Positions 38,346 to 49,209 of a stretch of 60,235 bases of DNA are shown in pieces (positions within the stretch are counted from its first letter, which is position 1; every line of letters starts with the position of its first letter). A model generated the notes under the pieces. That model searched no databases and was not told where the DNA came from. It saw nothing but the letters and a program-made list of their open reading frames with translations. This stretch comes from Victivallales bacterium. Its GTDB lineage: Bacteria; Verrucomicrobiota; Lentisphaeria; Victivallales; UBA1829. Where the stretch lies: contig JAZNXT010000078.1 in assembly GCA_045594005.1 (NCBI GenBank), positions 1-60,235 on the forward strand, in the 5' to 3' direction. A program made the position numbers and the translations under genes.

Positions 38346-39119
38346 ATGGACCAGCAAAAGTTAATTGTCGCGTCGTTCAACGTCCGCGTCCCCTGTGACC
38401 CCGCCCCCTACGACTGGGAAGGAAGAAAGCCTCGCGTCAGATGGCTTTTCAAGAAAAACGCGTTTCATATCTGCGGGCTTCAGGAAGCCGTAAAACAGCA
38501 GATCGATGATATTGTGGAATGTTCCTCCTACGCTTATACCGGCGGCGGCAGAGATGATTTCAAAGACGGCGGCGAACACTCCTGTATCGTGTATGATACC
38601 GAAAGACTCGAATTGCTTGAAAGCGGCACTTTCGGTCTTTCTGAATTCCCCGATGTGCCGGGTGCCCGTTCATGGGGAAGCTGCTGCCCGCGTATCGCCT
38701 CCTGGGGAAAATTCAAAGATAAAGTCACCGGAAAAGAATTGATGGTCTATAATACCCATTTGGATCATGTGAGCGAACTCGCCCGCGTGAAAGGGATCGA
38801 AATGGTGGTGGACCACGCAAAGAAAAACGGTGCCGGTCTGCCGATGATCCTGATGGGCGATTTCAATGCCGGTCCCGACAGCGAAACTTACAAGGTCGCC
38901 GCGGATCTGTTGCGGGATTCCCGCGCCATTTCCGAAAGCGGTCATGTGGGACCCGATAAAACATTCCAGAAATACGGCATGGATGTGAAAGACAGACCCA
39001 TCGACTTTATCTTCGTTTCTCAGGAGATCCGTGTGTTCTCCCATGTGACGGATGACCGTAAGCCCGGAGATGAATTTGCATCCGATCACTATCCTGTGAT
39101 CGCCACCATCGGCTTCTGA
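38346..39119 (+). CDS. Endonuclease/exonuclease/phosphatase (EEP) family protein
   Basis: SFNVR, GLQE, NTHLDH, MGDFNA, IDFIF, SDHYPV. Confidence 0.92.
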   Translation: MDQQKLIVASFNVRVPCDPAPYDWEGRKPRVRWLFKKNAFHICGLQEAVKQQIDDIVECSSYAYTGGGRDDFKDGGEHSCIVYDTERLELLESGTFGLSEFPDVPGARSWGSCCPRIASWGKFKDKVTGKELMVYNTHLDHVSELARVKGIEMVVDHAKKNGAGLPMILMGDFNAGPDSETYKVAADLLRDSRAISESGHVGPDKTFQKYGMDVKDRPIDFIFVSQEIRVFSHVTDDRKPGDEFASDHYPVIATIGF

Positions 39120-39144
39120 TCCGCCTCCCTTTTCACAAAGATAC

Positions 39145-39187
39145 AACCGGGACTGTTGCAAAATAAGCAGCAGCCCCGGTTTTTTTT
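39145..39187 (+). terminator. Intrinsic terminator between convergent genes
   Basis: AACCGGG.CTGTTGC/GCAGCAG.CCCGGTT stem plus T-run. Confidence 0.7.
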
Positions 39188-39272
39188 ATCTGAAGAAGCT
39201 GTGAAAAAATTAGAGTCTGTTCTGCCGCTTTTCCGGATTTCTTCAAAGAGTTTGATCGTGCGGTGACCGGTG

Positions 39273-40082
39273 TCAGCGCAGGGCAGGGATTGTGCAGGAA
39301 ATACCGAAGATCTCTTTGAGGATCTGTTCCATTTCCTTTTCGTCGGCGATGATCCGGTCTTCGTGGGTATGATCGAAAAACGCATGACGCGTGATCCAGT
39401 TGCCCGCTTCATCTTTATCAATGCGGATCTTGCCGCGATCCGTGGCAAGGCAGACCATCAGATTATCCCGGAAGGGTGAACCTTCCCCTTTGCAGCACCA
39501 GAAATGAGCATAATCAAAATCCTGCGGGAATGCCGGAACAGGATTGAAGGAATAAAAATGCGTAAATCCTTCCGCCGTGGAAGTCTGCACCACCACACCC
39601 AACTGTTCATCGAAAACGATCCGGTAGTCTCTGCCGTTCCGTTCCTGGATCAGATCCTCCTTGAATTCCAGCGGGACAAACGGGCAATCGCAACCCACTC
39701 CGATATCGGCAATGAAACTTTCTCCGGTGTCAGGCACAGTCACTTTCAATACGCGGTGACGGCGGCGCGGCACACTTTCTTTCTCTCCGAAATGCCAGCG
39801 GGCAAAAAATTCCTGCACCTGAAAACCGATCCCCCGCAGCAGTTCGGCAAAAAGTCCATTGAGTTCAAAACAATATCCGCCGCGATGATTGTTCACGATC
39901 TTTTCATAAACGCTTTCCGCATCCAGATCGGCAACTTTCCCATAGAGAAAAATATCCAGATTTTCGTACGGGACAGTTTTGAAATGTGCTTCATGCAGCT
40001 GAAACAATGTTTCCCGGTCAGCGCGCGCGGTTCCCTGAAAACCGATCCGTTCCAGATATTTTCTGATTTTTTCCTGATCCAT
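39273..40082 (-). CDS. Arylamine N-acetyltransferase family protein
   Basis: VPYENLD, RGGYCFELN (catalytic Cys), His and Asp of the triad in RRHRVL / IADIG. Confidence 0.9.
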   Translation of the reverse strand: MDQEKIRKYLERIGFQGTARADRETLFQLHEAHFKTVPYENLDIFLYGKVADLDAESVYEKIVNNHRGGYCFELNGLFAELLRGIGFQVQEFFARWHFGEKESVPRRRHRVLKVTVPDTGESFIADIGVGCDCPFVPLEFKEDLIQERNGRDYRIVFDEQLGVVVQTSTAEGFTHFYSFNPVPAFPQDFDYAHFWCCKGEGSPFRDNLMVCLATDRGKIRIDKDEAGNWITRHAFFDHTHEDRIIADEKEMEQILKEIFGISCTIPALR

Positions 40083-40148
40083 AAAAAACAACCTTGTTCC
40101 TTTCGGAGAAATACCGTTTTTATTCAGTTGTCAGCGGGAATCACACCC

Positions 40149-41801
40149 TTAAAATTCCGCGTTGAAATCGTCCCACGCGTCTTCGATATCGCCGATACGC
40201 AGTTCCAGCTGTTCGTATTCGGCTTCATCGCCGATATGATTTTCGCTGTTGAGAATGGCGAGGGTATCGCAGATATCCCGGTGAATATTGGCAAGTGCAG
40301 ACACCGTTTTTTTCGGCAGGGCATTTTCTTTGCCTTGATACCGTTCCAGAAGGCGCACGGAGTATTCGATCCTCATCTTGGTCAGATCCAGCAATCGCGT
40401 ACGCAGAGGTGCGCGCATTGCATCTTCTGTGGGGCTGAAATATTCCTGTGCCATTTCCCAGTTTTCCTCTAAAAAGTTCAGGAAAGCAACTTCCTGTGCG
40501 TCGTCCACGAATTTGAGTTCCATGAAATCCATGATCCGGCTGCAGAAGCCATTGAAGGAATCTTCGCCGTTGGCGAGGGAATCGTAGATCATTGCACCCA
40601 GTTCCACGGAGTTGACAGGAGCATTGAGTTCGGAAAGAATGGCGTCGATGGATTCCAGAGTTCCGCCGGAGATGGTGAAATTATTGGGATCCAGATCGGG
40701 ATCCAGCGTTCTGCCGTCATCGGTTTTGTTGGCTTTGTGATCGTGGCAATGACATTCGCCGTTTTTATGATCGTGGCAATGACATTCGCCGTCTTTATGG
40801 TCATGAGTGCAGGAGCAGGCTTCGTTCTGGAGTTTGGCGTCCTGTTCGGCTTTGGAACGGAGAAGGGATTGTTCAAACTGACCGGGAGTATCCAGATCAT
40901 CGGCGGGGACAAGCAGCCATTCGGAGCCGTCGCGTTTGATGCCGATCTCGTTCATCCGCAAGCGGTATTCTTCCAGACTCAGCACGGGGCGTTTCCGCAG
41001 ATCGTGATCGTCTTCAAATGCAAAAAGATAGGCTTCCGCGATCTGTTCCGGGATCTCCATGTAGTCCCGTTCGGTCTGACAGACCCGGATCAATGCGTGT
41101 TCAAAATCCCGCACGAAACGGCTTTTTTCTTCTTCCGGCGCACTCTGATCGTGGCGTTCGATGCGGACGATCCGGAATTTACCGCTGCTCCAATCTTCCA
41201 CGCGGATAATGACGGCATCGCCGTTTTGAAAACTGTTGTCCCGGTAAAATGCGGCAAGATCAAATGCGGAAAGACGGAACGAAAGCCCGTCGGGTGTTTT
41301 TGCACCGCGGAGCAGCATCCGGTTTTCTTCCGATTCGGCGGAAAGATGATCCACGATTCCGGAGGGTCCCAGCATGAGGAAGGAGGGCAGCAGATCATTG
41401 TACGGGGATTGCACTTCCATCACAGGCAGAATATTTCCCTGCTGATCCTTCAATTCAAATTCATCGGAAAAAAGTTCGTTGCTGCAGAAGGGAATGAAGG
41501 CGGCTCCCGGAAAGAGGATCGCTTTTTCGATTTCGTGTCCGGTGGGGACGATCCGCAATTCCGTTCCGTTGAAAAAGGTATCTTTCGGATAGACTTTATC
41601 CCCGGAAACGAACAGGTCTTCGTGCGCGCGGAGGATCAGATCACATTCCTTGCGGATGCGTTTGATCTCATCCTGATCTTTCACGGAAAGTTCTGCAATG
41701 GCGGCATCGGCGAGTTCCGACGCGGGGAAAGAGATCTTTTGAGCAAAATTTTCAGCCAGCAGATCTTCAATGACTTCTTCGATACGGTTCAAATTCAGCA
41801 T
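40149..41801 (-). CDS. Acidic hypothetical protein with an internal His/Cys-rich repeat
   Basis: 550-aa ORF downstream of truB with an AGGGGG RBS; CSCTHDHKDGECHCHDHKNGECHCHDHK. Confidence 0.8.
   Translation of the reverse strand: MLNLNRIEEVIEDLLAENFAQKISFPASELADAAIAELSVKDQDEIKRIRKECDLILRAHEDLFVSGDKVYPKDTFFNGTELRIVPTGHEIEKAILFPGAAFIPFCSNELFSDEFELKDQQGNILPVMEVQSPYNDLLPSFLMLGPSGIVDHLSAESEENRMLLRGAKTPDGLSFRLSAFDLAAFYRDNSFQNGDAVIIRVEDWSSGKFRIVRIERHDQSAPEEEKSRFVRDFEHALIRVCQTERDYMEIPEQIAEAYLFAFEDDHDLRKRPVLSLEEYRLRMNEIGIKRDGSEWLLVPADDLDTPGQFEQSLLRSKAEQDAKLQNEACSCTHDHKDGECHCHDHKNGECHCHDHKANKTDDGRTLDPDLDPNNFTISGGTLESIDAILSELNAPVNSVELGAMIYDSLANGEDSFNGFCSRIMDFMELKFVDDAQEVAFLNFLEENWEMAQEYFSPTEDAMRAPLRTRLLDLTKMRIEYSVRLLERYQGKENALPKKTVSALANIHRDICDTLAILNSENHIGDEAEYEQLELRIGDIEDAWDDFNAEF
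40738..40797. repeat. 30-bp in-frame tandem repeat (2 copies)
   Basis: TGATCGTGGCAATGACATTCGCCGTyTTTA x2. Confidence 0.9.
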
Positions 41802-41826
41802 AACGGCAATCCCCCTTTTTTCAATG

Positions 41827-42588
41827 TCAGAATGTATTGAAACGGATCATTTTGGAAAGTTTGCTGTGGAGATAATCATCCATCTTTTCCGCTAAATCTT
41901 CCTGCGTCCATTCTTTGATCGTTTCAATATCGTAAGCATCTTTCAGTTCAAATTCACCGCTCTGGATCCGGTTCAGCCGGTAGAGTGCGGCTCCGCAGCC
42001 GAGAGATGCGCCCACATCGGCACAGAGCGTGCGGATATAGGTCCCTTTGGAACAGCGTACCACAAAATCGCAGTAAGGCGGCTGGAAATTGGCAAGATCC
42101 ACGGAATGGATGGTGACCGGTTTGGCTTCCCGTTCCACTTCCACGCCCTGACGCGCCAGTTTGTAAAGGCGTTCCCCGTCTTTTTTGACAGCGGAAACCA
42201 TAGGCGGAGTCTGCATGATCTCGCCGGTAAATTTTGCAAATGCGTTTTTCAGATCGTTTTCCGTGATCGCGGAATAATCGGCGGTACGCGTCACATTTCC
42301 ATCCATGTCCTGAGAATCAGTTTCAGTGCCAAGGAGAATGGTCCCGCCGTAAATTTTGTCCTCACCGGAAAATTTCTGACTGAGTTTGGTGAATTTTCCG
42401 ATCACGATCACCAACAGACCGGTCGCCGCCGGATCAAGTGTGCCGCAATGCCCCACTTTCACGATATTGAACCTGGAACGCATGAACGCCACCACATCGT
42501 GACTGGTCCATTCTGCCGGTTTGTTGACAAGGATGATGCCGTTTTTGTTGAAGGGCGGCAGGCGATGTTTCGCGGGATTGTTTCTCAT
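41827..42588 (-). CDS. truB: tRNA pseudouridine(55) synthase
   Basis: NKPAEWTSHDVV, GHCGTLDP, PPMVSAVK, CSKGTYIR. Confidence 0.97.
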   Translation of the reverse strand: MRNNPAKHRLPPFNKNGIILVNKPAEWTSHDVVAFMRSRFNIVKVGHCGTLDPAATGLLVIVIGKFTKLSQKFSGEDKIYGGTILLGTETDSQDMDGNVTRTADYSAITENDLKNAFAKFTGEIMQTPPMVSAVKKDGERLYKLARQGVEVEREAKPVTIHSVDLANFQPPYCDFVVRCSKGTYIRTLCADVGASLGCGAALYRLNRIQSGEFELKDAYDIETIKEWTQEDLAEKMDDYLHSKLSKMIRFNTF

Positions 42589-43595
42589 TTTTTCAGTTCC
42601 ATTCCTATATGTTTCAGCAAAATTTCTTCCGCATTTTCCGGTGATTTGGCAAAAATAGTACAGCCCGCGGCAAGTTCATGCCCGCCGCCGTTCAGCCGCC
42701 GTGCCACTTTTCCGACGGAAACATTGTCGTCTTTCGACCGCAGGGAAACTTTAAAGATCCCCGGGTTGGAGGTGGGTTTGATCAACGCCGCAACGGTCAC
42801 ACCTTCGATCTGACGCAGATTTTCAATCAGATTTTCCGTGTTGCGGATATTTACATTGAACCGCGCAAGCATTTCGTTGGTGATCATAAACCAGGCAACG
42901 CGTCCTTCTTCCGCTGTACGCAATGCACGGCAGAACAGTTCCGCCTCAAACCGCGCCATGTTGAAGGGCTTGGAAAAATAGGCACGGTCGATCACACGGT
43001 GACTGTCCGCAGAAAGTTCTTTCAGATCCGCAGCAGTCCGCAAAGCCCGGGGCGTGGTATTGTCAAAACGGAAACATCCCGTATCCGTTGTCACCCCGAG
43101 ATAAAGACGCGTGGCGGCATCCGCACTGATGATCCAATTTGCCGTTTTTGCCAGTTCAAATACGATCTCCGCCGCAGAACTTGCAGTGGAATCGACAAAT
43201 GTAAGTTTCGCAAAATCAATATGATCCGGATGATGATCCACTGCCGCAAAGGGGATCTGGACCGTGGCAGGATCGATCCCGTTCATACCGATCCGTTTCG
43301 GTGTGGAGGCATCCGCAGAAAGGATCATGGAAAAACTGTTGACCTGCAATACCCCGTTTTCATCCGGTGTGCAAAGCCCTTCTTCCGGGACAAAGGTGCG
43401 GTACGCGTCCGGCAGTTCATCCTGAAAATACAGTTTCGCGCGGAATCCGTTTTCCGTGAGAAGATACCACAACGCAGACGCCGACCCGACTGCATCGCCG
43501 TCGGGCCGTTCGTGAGTAACGATCAGAACAGGAGCGTCCTGCTCTTTCACGCTGTTCAGCAGCGCGATCACATCCTGAAGATCAGTTGTTCTCAT
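42585..43595 (-). CDS. nrnA: DHH/DHHA1 oligoribonuclease / PAP phosphatase
   Basis: HERPDGDA, DHH, TDTGCF, GGGHELAAG; lies between rbfA and truB. Confidence 0.88.
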   Translation of the reverse strand: MRTTDLQDVIALLNSVKEQDAPVLIVTHERPDGDAVGSASALWYLLTENGFRAKLYFQDELPDAYRTFVPEEGLCTPDENGVLQVNSFSMILSADASTPKRIGMNGIDPATVQIPFAAVDHHPDHIDFAKLTFVDSTASSAAEIVFELAKTANWIISADAATRLYLGVTTDTGCFRFDNTTPRALRTAADLKELSADSHRVIDRAYFSKPFNMARFEAELFCRALRTAEEGRVAWFMITNEMLARFNVNIRNTENLIENLRQIEGVTVAALIKPTSNPGIFKVSLRSKDDNVSVGKVARRLNGGGHELAAGCTIFAKSPENAEEILLKHIGMELKK

Positions 43596-43953
43596 CTTCT
43601 TCATCTTCCAAAGCGCGGAGGATCTCAAGAACACGGTCGCCTTCCGCCACATTGCGGTCAAGCACAAAATGCAACACAGGCGTATATTTCAGGATCACAT
43701 GACGGGATACCCGCTGCTGGATCTCCCCTTTGCGGCGGTACAGCCGGTCCAGCACGGATTGTTCTCCTTCCTCTTTCACGCCGAACATGCTGATATACAC
43801 ATCCGCCTGCTTCAAGTTCACGGAACATTCCACGCGGGTGACAGAGATCAATCTGCCGCCCTCGTTGAAATTTTCCCGCTGGAGCAGATCCGCGATCTCC
43901 CGTTTCAGGATCTCGTTCACCCGGGTAATACGGTCTGTATTCTTTTCTGCCAT
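43582..43953 (-). CDS. rbfA: Ribosome-binding factor A
   Basis: RITRVNEILKREI, LKYTPVLHFVLD; follows infB. Confidence 0.95.
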   Translation of the reverse strand: MAEKNTDRITRVNEILKREIADLLQRENFNEGGRLISVTRVECSVNLKQADVYISMFGVKEEGEQSVLDRLYRRKGEIQQRVSRHVILKYTPVLHFVLDRNVAEGDRVLEILRALEDEEDENN

Positions 43954-43954
43954 A

Positions 43955-46114
43955 TCAAAGCGTCGCTTTCTTCAATTCGATCTCGTAAAGCTGAATGGTA
44001 TCGCCTTCCGTGAAATCACCGAAGTTGTCAAGACGGATCCCGCATTCCATACCTTCGCGGACTTCTTTCACATTGTCCTTGAAACGCTGGAGAGAACGCA
44101 CTTCCCCGTTGAAGATCAATTCCTTGCCGCGATACACACGGGCTTTTGCACCCACTTTCGCCAGACCTTTTTCCACTTTGCAGCCGCAGATCTTCATACC
44201 GTTGGAAAGGTTGAAAATCTGAAGGATCTTCACCGTGGCAATGTCTTTTTCGCGTTTTTCCGGTTCCAGTTTACCGGCAAGAGCATCGGTGATATCTTCG
44301 ATCAATTCGTAGATGATACTGTAAAGACGGATCTCCACATTTTCTTTTTTCGCAAGATCGTTCACGCCGGGATTCACACGCACATGGAAACCAACCACGA
44401 TGGCATCGGAGGATGCCGCAAGAAGAACGTCGTTTTCCGTGATGGCACCCACTCCGGTGTGAAGCACATCCACACTGATTTTGTCGGAAGGCAGCTTCTT
44501 CAGAGATTCCACAATGGCTTCCGAGGAACCGCGTACATCCGATTTCACGATCACTTTCAGACTGTTGCGCTTGCTTTCGTCCATCTGGCTGAAAAGATCT
44601 TCCAGACTCGCACCGGAAGTTTTGCTGGAAAGACTTTCCAAACGGTTTTCCGCACTGCGCTGTTCCGCCAGTTCTTTGGCTTCATTGATATTTTTGCAGA
44701 CCGCCATCTTCGTACCGGCGGCAGGCACACCGGAAAGACCCACCACTTTCACCGGCATACTGGGCGGTGCCATTGCCACACGGTGTCCGCGGAAGTCGAT
44801 CAGCGTTTTGACTTTTCCGTAATGTTCGCCGCAGATCACAGGATCGCCCACACGGAGCGTACCGTTCTTGACCACCACGCTCGCCGTGGGACCGAAGCCC
44901 TGTTCCAGCTGGGATTCCAGCACATACGCCATGCCCGGCCGTTTGGGATTGGCATTGAGTTCCAGCATTTCCGCTTCCAGCAGGATGCGTTCCAGAAGAT
45001 CGGTGATTCCGGTTCCGGTTTTTGCAGAAACAGGGATCGCAGCAACACTGCCGCCCCAATCTTCGCTCATCAGACCGTTCTGCTGCATGTGAAGCAGGAT
45101 CTTCTGAGTATCGGCATCGGGCAGATCGCATTTGTTCATTGCCACGATAATAGGCACTTTTGCCGCAAGAGCGTGATTCATGGCTTCGATGGTCTGGGGC
45201 ATGAACCCGTCATCCGCCGCCACCACCAGCACAACAACGTCGGTGACATTGGCACCGCGGGCGCGCATCTGCGTGAAGGCTTCGTGACCCGGAGTATCCA
45301 CAAAGGTGATGTTCTTGCCGTCGATCGTCACAGAAGACGCACCGATATGCTGGGTGATCCCACCGGCTTCACCGGCAGCAATATGCGTTTTGCGGATGGC
45401 ATCCTGCAGAGAGGTCTTGCCGTGGTCCACATGACCCATGAAGGTGACGATCGGGGGACGCAGTTTCAGATCTTTGGGATTGTCTTCATATTCCATGTCC
45501 TCGGGCGCGACAGTTTCCGTTTCTTCGTTCTTCTTCGCGTGATCTTCCTTGTCGCGACGGTCGATGATCAGCGTCACATTCAGTTTTTCCGCCACTTTCA
45601 CCGCGATTTCCGGATCGATGGTCTGGTTGATGTTCGCCAGCACATTCATCATCATCAGCTGGGAGATGATCTCATTGGGCCGTTTGTTCATCGCTTCCGC
45701 CAGTGCTTTCACCACCACAGGCGGTTTGATATGCACTTCACCCGCAGGGGAGGAACTGTTGTTTTCCGCAGGACGGTCAGAAGAACGGTTATCCGCATTT
45801 TTCTTTTTGCCGAAATCATTTTTTCTCGCCGTATTCTGATTTTCTTCCTGGGGGCGTTTTTTGGTCTTGGCGTTTCCGGCATTGCGGTTTTCCATTTTGG
45901 ATTCCACTTCTTCGATCAGCGCACTTTTGGGATTGCGCTGTTCCATGAGATCGTCAAAATACGCTTCGATCAGCGGAAGATCCTCCGCCGGAATGTTGTT
46001 GGATGCCGTTTTGATATTTTCGTAGCCCTGTGCCGCAAGCTCTTTGAGGACTTCTTTGGATGTCAGCCCGTACTTATCGGCAAATGCTTTTACTTTGATC
46101 GTTGTTCCTGCCAT
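43955..46114 (-). CDS. infB: Translation initiation factor IF-2
   Basis: [41 protein letters not shown] before MAGTT. Confidence 0.97.
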   Translation of the reverse strand: MAGTTIKVKAFADKYGLTSKEVLKELAAQGYENIKTASNNIPAEDLPLIEAYFDDLMEQRNPKSALIEEVESKMENRNAGNAKTKKRPQEENQNTARKNDFGKKKNADNRSSDRPAENNSSSPAGEVHIKPPVVVKALAEAMNKRPNEIISQLMMMNVLANINQTIDPEIAVKVAEKLNVTLIIDRRDKEDHAKKNEETETVAPEDMEYEDNPKDLKLRPPIVTFMGHVDHGKTSLQDAIRKTHIAAGEAGGITQHIGASSVTIDGKNITFVDTPGHEAFTQMRARGANVTDVVVLVVAADDGFMPQTIEAMNHALAAKVPIIVAMNKCDLPDADTQKILLHMQQNGLMSEDWGGSVAAIPVSAKTGTGITDLLERILLEAEMLELNANPKRPGMAYVLESQLEQGFGPTASVVVKNGTLRVGDPVICGEHYGKVKTLIDFRGHRVAMAPPSMPVKVVGLSGVPAAGTKMAVCKNINEAKELAEQRSAENRLESLSSKTSGASLEDLFSQMDESKRNSLKVIVKSDVRGSSEAIVESLKKLPSDKISVDVLHTGVGAITENDVLLAASSDAIVVGFHVRVNPGVNDLAKKENVEIRLYSIIYELIEDITDALAGKLEPEKREKDIATVKILQIFNLSNGMKICGCKVEKGLAKVGAKARVYRGKELIFNGEVRSLQRFKDNVKEVREGMECGIRLDNFGDFTEGDTIQLYEIELKKATL

Positions 46115-46130
46115 GGATGCACCTCCCGAC

Positions 46131-47360
46131 TTACTCCGCAGCAAGTGCGGCACGGATGCTCTGGATCTCTGCATCACTCAAACCGCTGAAAATATCTTCG
46201 TTTCCCGCATCGGCACGGAGTCCGTCAACATTCAGATAGCCTTTGTTCACCAGGATCGCCGCACTGTCTTCGCTGATGGAAAGTTCCCCGGCAAGAGCCT
46301 GCACCGCTTCCGCTTTTCTCGCTTCAAAAATCGCGTTGGGATCTTCAATGACCAGACTGATGCGCCACTGGAGCAGTTTCTGCGCCAGACGCACATTCCG
46401 CGCTTCCTTACCGAATGCCAGACGGGAATTTTCCTGATCCACATACACCGTAAGCTGTTTGCGGTCTTCATCCACATCCACCCGCAGCAGTTTTGCAGGA
46501 TGGAACACCTTATGCACATAGTCGATCAGATCATCGGTGTAGTGGATGATGTCCACGCGTTCACCGTTGAGTTCGTTGGTGATGTTTTTCACCCGCATGC
46601 CGCGCATACCCACGCAGGCACCCACGGGATCGACTCTGGGATCATTGGAGCGGACTGCGATCTTGGAACGGATCCCGGCATCGCGGGCAACACCCACGAT
46701 CTCCACAACACCGTCGTGGATCTCGGTCACTTCCCGTTCAAAAAGTTTTCTCAAAAATGTTGCGTTGGCTCTGGTCAGGATCAGGCTGGGACCGGCAGCT
46801 TCAATGTCCACATTGGTCAGCAGCGCATTGATGCGGTCGCCGGGATTGTACTGTTCTGTGGGGATCTTGTCCTTCGCGCCCAGCACACCTTCCGCCTTGT
46901 TGAATTCCACGATCACATTGCCGCGGTCGATCCGGCGAACGGTGCCGTTGATGATCTCTCCGACCTGATCTTTGAATTCCACCATCACAGTTTCTTTTTC
47001 CGCTTTGCGGATCTGCTGACGGATCGCCTGAAGGGCGGTCTGTGCGGCGATTCTGCCGAAGTCACGGGGCGTCACTTCCCAATCAATAATATCGCCGATC
47101 TGTGCGGAAGGATCTTTTTTCGCCACTTCTTTCAGCGTGATCTCATCGTTGTTTGCGAAGGCTTCCACCACCTTGAGTTTTGCCCACGCGCGGATGTCGC
47201 CGGTCTTGCGGTCCACCTTGATGGAAAGATCGCTTGCCGGATGAATACTCTTGCGGGATGCTGTCAGCAATGCTTTTTCGATCGCTTCGATCAGCTGGTC
47301 TTTGCTGATGCCGCGTTCCTGCTCTATGTAATTCAATGTTGCCAATAATTCACTGTTCAT
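46131..47360 (-). CDS. nusA: Transcription termination/antitermination factor NusA
   Basis: FGRIAAQTA, S1 and KH domains, DPVGACVGMRGMRV. Confidence 0.97.
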   Translation of the reverse strand: MNSELLATLNYIEQERGISKDQLIEAIEKALLTASRKSIHPASDLSIKVDRKTGDIRAWAKLKVVEAFANNDEITLKEVAKKDPSAQIGDIIDWEVTPRDFGRIAAQTALQAIRQQIRKAEKETVMVEFKDQVGEIINGTVRRIDRGNVIVEFNKAEGVLGAKDKIPTEQYNPGDRINALLTNVDIEAAGPSLILTRANATFLRKLFEREVTEIHDGVVEIVGVARDAGIRSKIAVRSNDPRVDPVGACVGMRGMRVKNITNELNGERVDIIHYTDDLIDYVHKVFHPAKLLRVDVDEDRKQLTVYVDQENSRLAFGKEARNVRLAQKLLQWRISLVIEDPNAIFEARKAEAVQALAGELSISEDSAAILVNKGYLNVDGLRADAGNEDIFSGLSDAEIQSIRAALAAE

Positions 47361-47570
47361 GTCTTCTTCCTCCAGCGGTTCAGTTGTTTTTTTCGTAAAA
47401 TTTTCTTCCAGTTATCCGGAGAATATGCCGCGGCAAAACGGCAAAACTCACTTGTCAACGGATACTCTACATCCGGCAAACGCTTTGTGCAAGCATTTTT
47501 TCCGGAAAAATGCCATAATATTCTTTAAAAAGGTCAAAAAAAACGGAAATTTCCGCTTTTCTGTCCTTAA

Positions 47571-47609
47571 AAAGAAAGACATACGCGGGAATTTTTCCCA
47601 GCGTATGTC
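47571..47609 (-). terminator. Intrinsic terminator of rpsT
   Basis: GACATACGC/GCGTATGTC stem followed by TTTCTTTT on the minus strand. Confidence 0.7.
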
Positions 47610-47659
47610 AACAGAGAACAATACGGTTCCGAAAAAGGGAAACGGTAAGAGAACCGGTC

Positions 47660-47926
47660 TTACTTCGCCAGAACGGCGGCAAGACGGGATTTCTTGCGGT
47701 TCGCTTTGTTCTTGTGGATCGTGCCGACTTTCACGGCTTTATCCAAAGCACTGCACTGTGCTTTGTAGAGATCCAGAGCTGCTGCTTTATCTTCAGTAGC
47801 GGCTGCTGCGCGGAATTTCTTTTCTGTGGTTGCGAGCGCATTGCGGCGGGATTTGTTTTTCACGCGCGCTTCTTCGCTTTTGCGGTGCGTCTTCACCGCG
47901 GACTGTCTGACATCTGTTTTCGGCAT
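47660..47926 (-). CDS. rpsT: 30S ribosomal protein S20
   Basis: 88 aa, basic, LDKAVKVGTIHKNKANRKKSRL; AAGGAGG RBS. Confidence 0.95.
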   Translation of the reverse strand: MPKTDVRQSAVKTHRKSEEARVKNKSRRNALATTEKKFRAAAATEDKAAALDLYKAQCSALDKAVKVGTIHKNKANRKKSRLAAVLAK

Positions 47927-48039
47927 CGAGTGCCTCCTTTCATATTGATCAAAATTTTATAATTGCTTGTCGAACGAATAATATAGCACACAGTACCCCT
48001 GTTTTTCAAGTCCAATTCTGAAAAAAATCCGATTTTTTC

Positions 48040-49176
48040 TCAAAATACCACCCAAAATATGCTCCAAACCAGCCCGATCAGCACTTCATCCAATGCCGCA
48101 ACCCGGTCACTGAACAATGCTTTTTTGCCGTTTTTGCGCCGTAATACCATCCAGACCGTCAGCAGAAACATGAAAAATCCGGCAGCCGGAAGCCGCAGAT
48201 AACACAGCGTTGCCGTCTCCAGTGAGATCGCTGTTTCCGGATGCAGTCTGTGATAACCGATCATCAGGAACGGTGCCGCCAATGCAATAAGCGGCAATAC
48301 GAAGCGGAACAGGAACATGCACGCGGGCGCGAGCCACCGCTCCGCCGTTTTGCGTTCTGCAAAGCCGCGATCCAGCGCAAAAGCTGTCACTCCGGCGAGA
48401 AACGGCAGTACGGCTCCGAATCCGAAGATCACAAAAGAAAGCGCAAATGCCGCCACGATCCCTTTGGCAAGAGAAAGAGCCTGTTGATCCATCGTTCTGC
48501 CGCGCAGTGTGCTGAACGCGGGCAATGCCAGAAAATACAGCGGGGAAAGCAACGCCAGAAGTGCGATCCGCCAGTCTCCGGCAGGGCTGCTGCTGAATTC
48601 CAGCAGAAAAAGGGGCAGATCGTTCCAGGGTACTTTCAGCACATAAACCGGGAACAGCAATGCTGTCGCCGCCGCTGCAGAAAAACAAAGTCCGGGCAGG
48701 ATCGCCGGATACGCTTTATCCCGGATGATCCAAATGCAGATCACCGGCAGAATGATCCCTCCGATCCCCGCACCGCTGATCGCCGATACCGCACACAGCA
48801 AACCGAGGAACAGCATATTCAACGCGTTCAATTTCTGTACCTTTACGGCAAAAAGGATCGCCAGTACCGCCATTGCCAGACCGCAGCTGCTCCGGTGAAA
48901 AAGTTCCGAGCCGTATGCGATGAAACCCGGACACGCCAGCAGCAGCCATCCAGCCAGATATTCCACCTGTTTTCCTGCGATCCGGTTCATGATATATGCA
49001 GTTTCCACCAGCAGCAGAAATGTTCCGGCGGAAGCCAGAGTACCCCAGCCGCTCCGGTTGTAAAAGATCAGGAGAAATGCGGTGATCCAGAAAACGACAC
49101 GCCGTTTGTCACCGAGAAAATCCTGAAGAAAATTTGCGTTGCATTCGTGAAAACGCCAAATAGTAAAATCAGCCAT
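48040..49176 (-). CDS. Polytopic membrane protein (possibly a divergent GT-C/ArnT-like fold)
   Basis: About 10-11 hydrophobic segments; no diagnostic motif recognised. Confidence 0.6.
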   Translation of the reverse strand: MADFTIWRFHECNANFLQDFLGDKRRVVFWITAFLLIFYNRSGWGTLASAGTFLLLVETAYIMNRIAGKQVEYLAGWLLLACPGFIAYGSELFHRSSCGLAMAVLAILFAVKVQKLNALNMLFLGLLCAVSAISGAGIGGIILPVICIWIIRDKAYPAILPGLCFSAAAATALLFPVYVLKVPWNDLPLFLLEFSSSPAGDWRIALLALLSPLYFLALPAFSTLRGRTMDQQALSLAKGIVAAFALSFVIFGFGAVLPFLAGVTAFALDRGFAERKTAERWLAPACMFLFRFVLPLIALAAPFLMIGYHRLHPETAISLETATLCYLRLPAAGFFMFLLTVWMVLRRKNGKKALFSDRVAALDEVLIGLVWSIFWVVF

Positions 49177-49209
49177 AAGTCAATATCGATTCATTGGTTA
49201 TAAGTGGGA

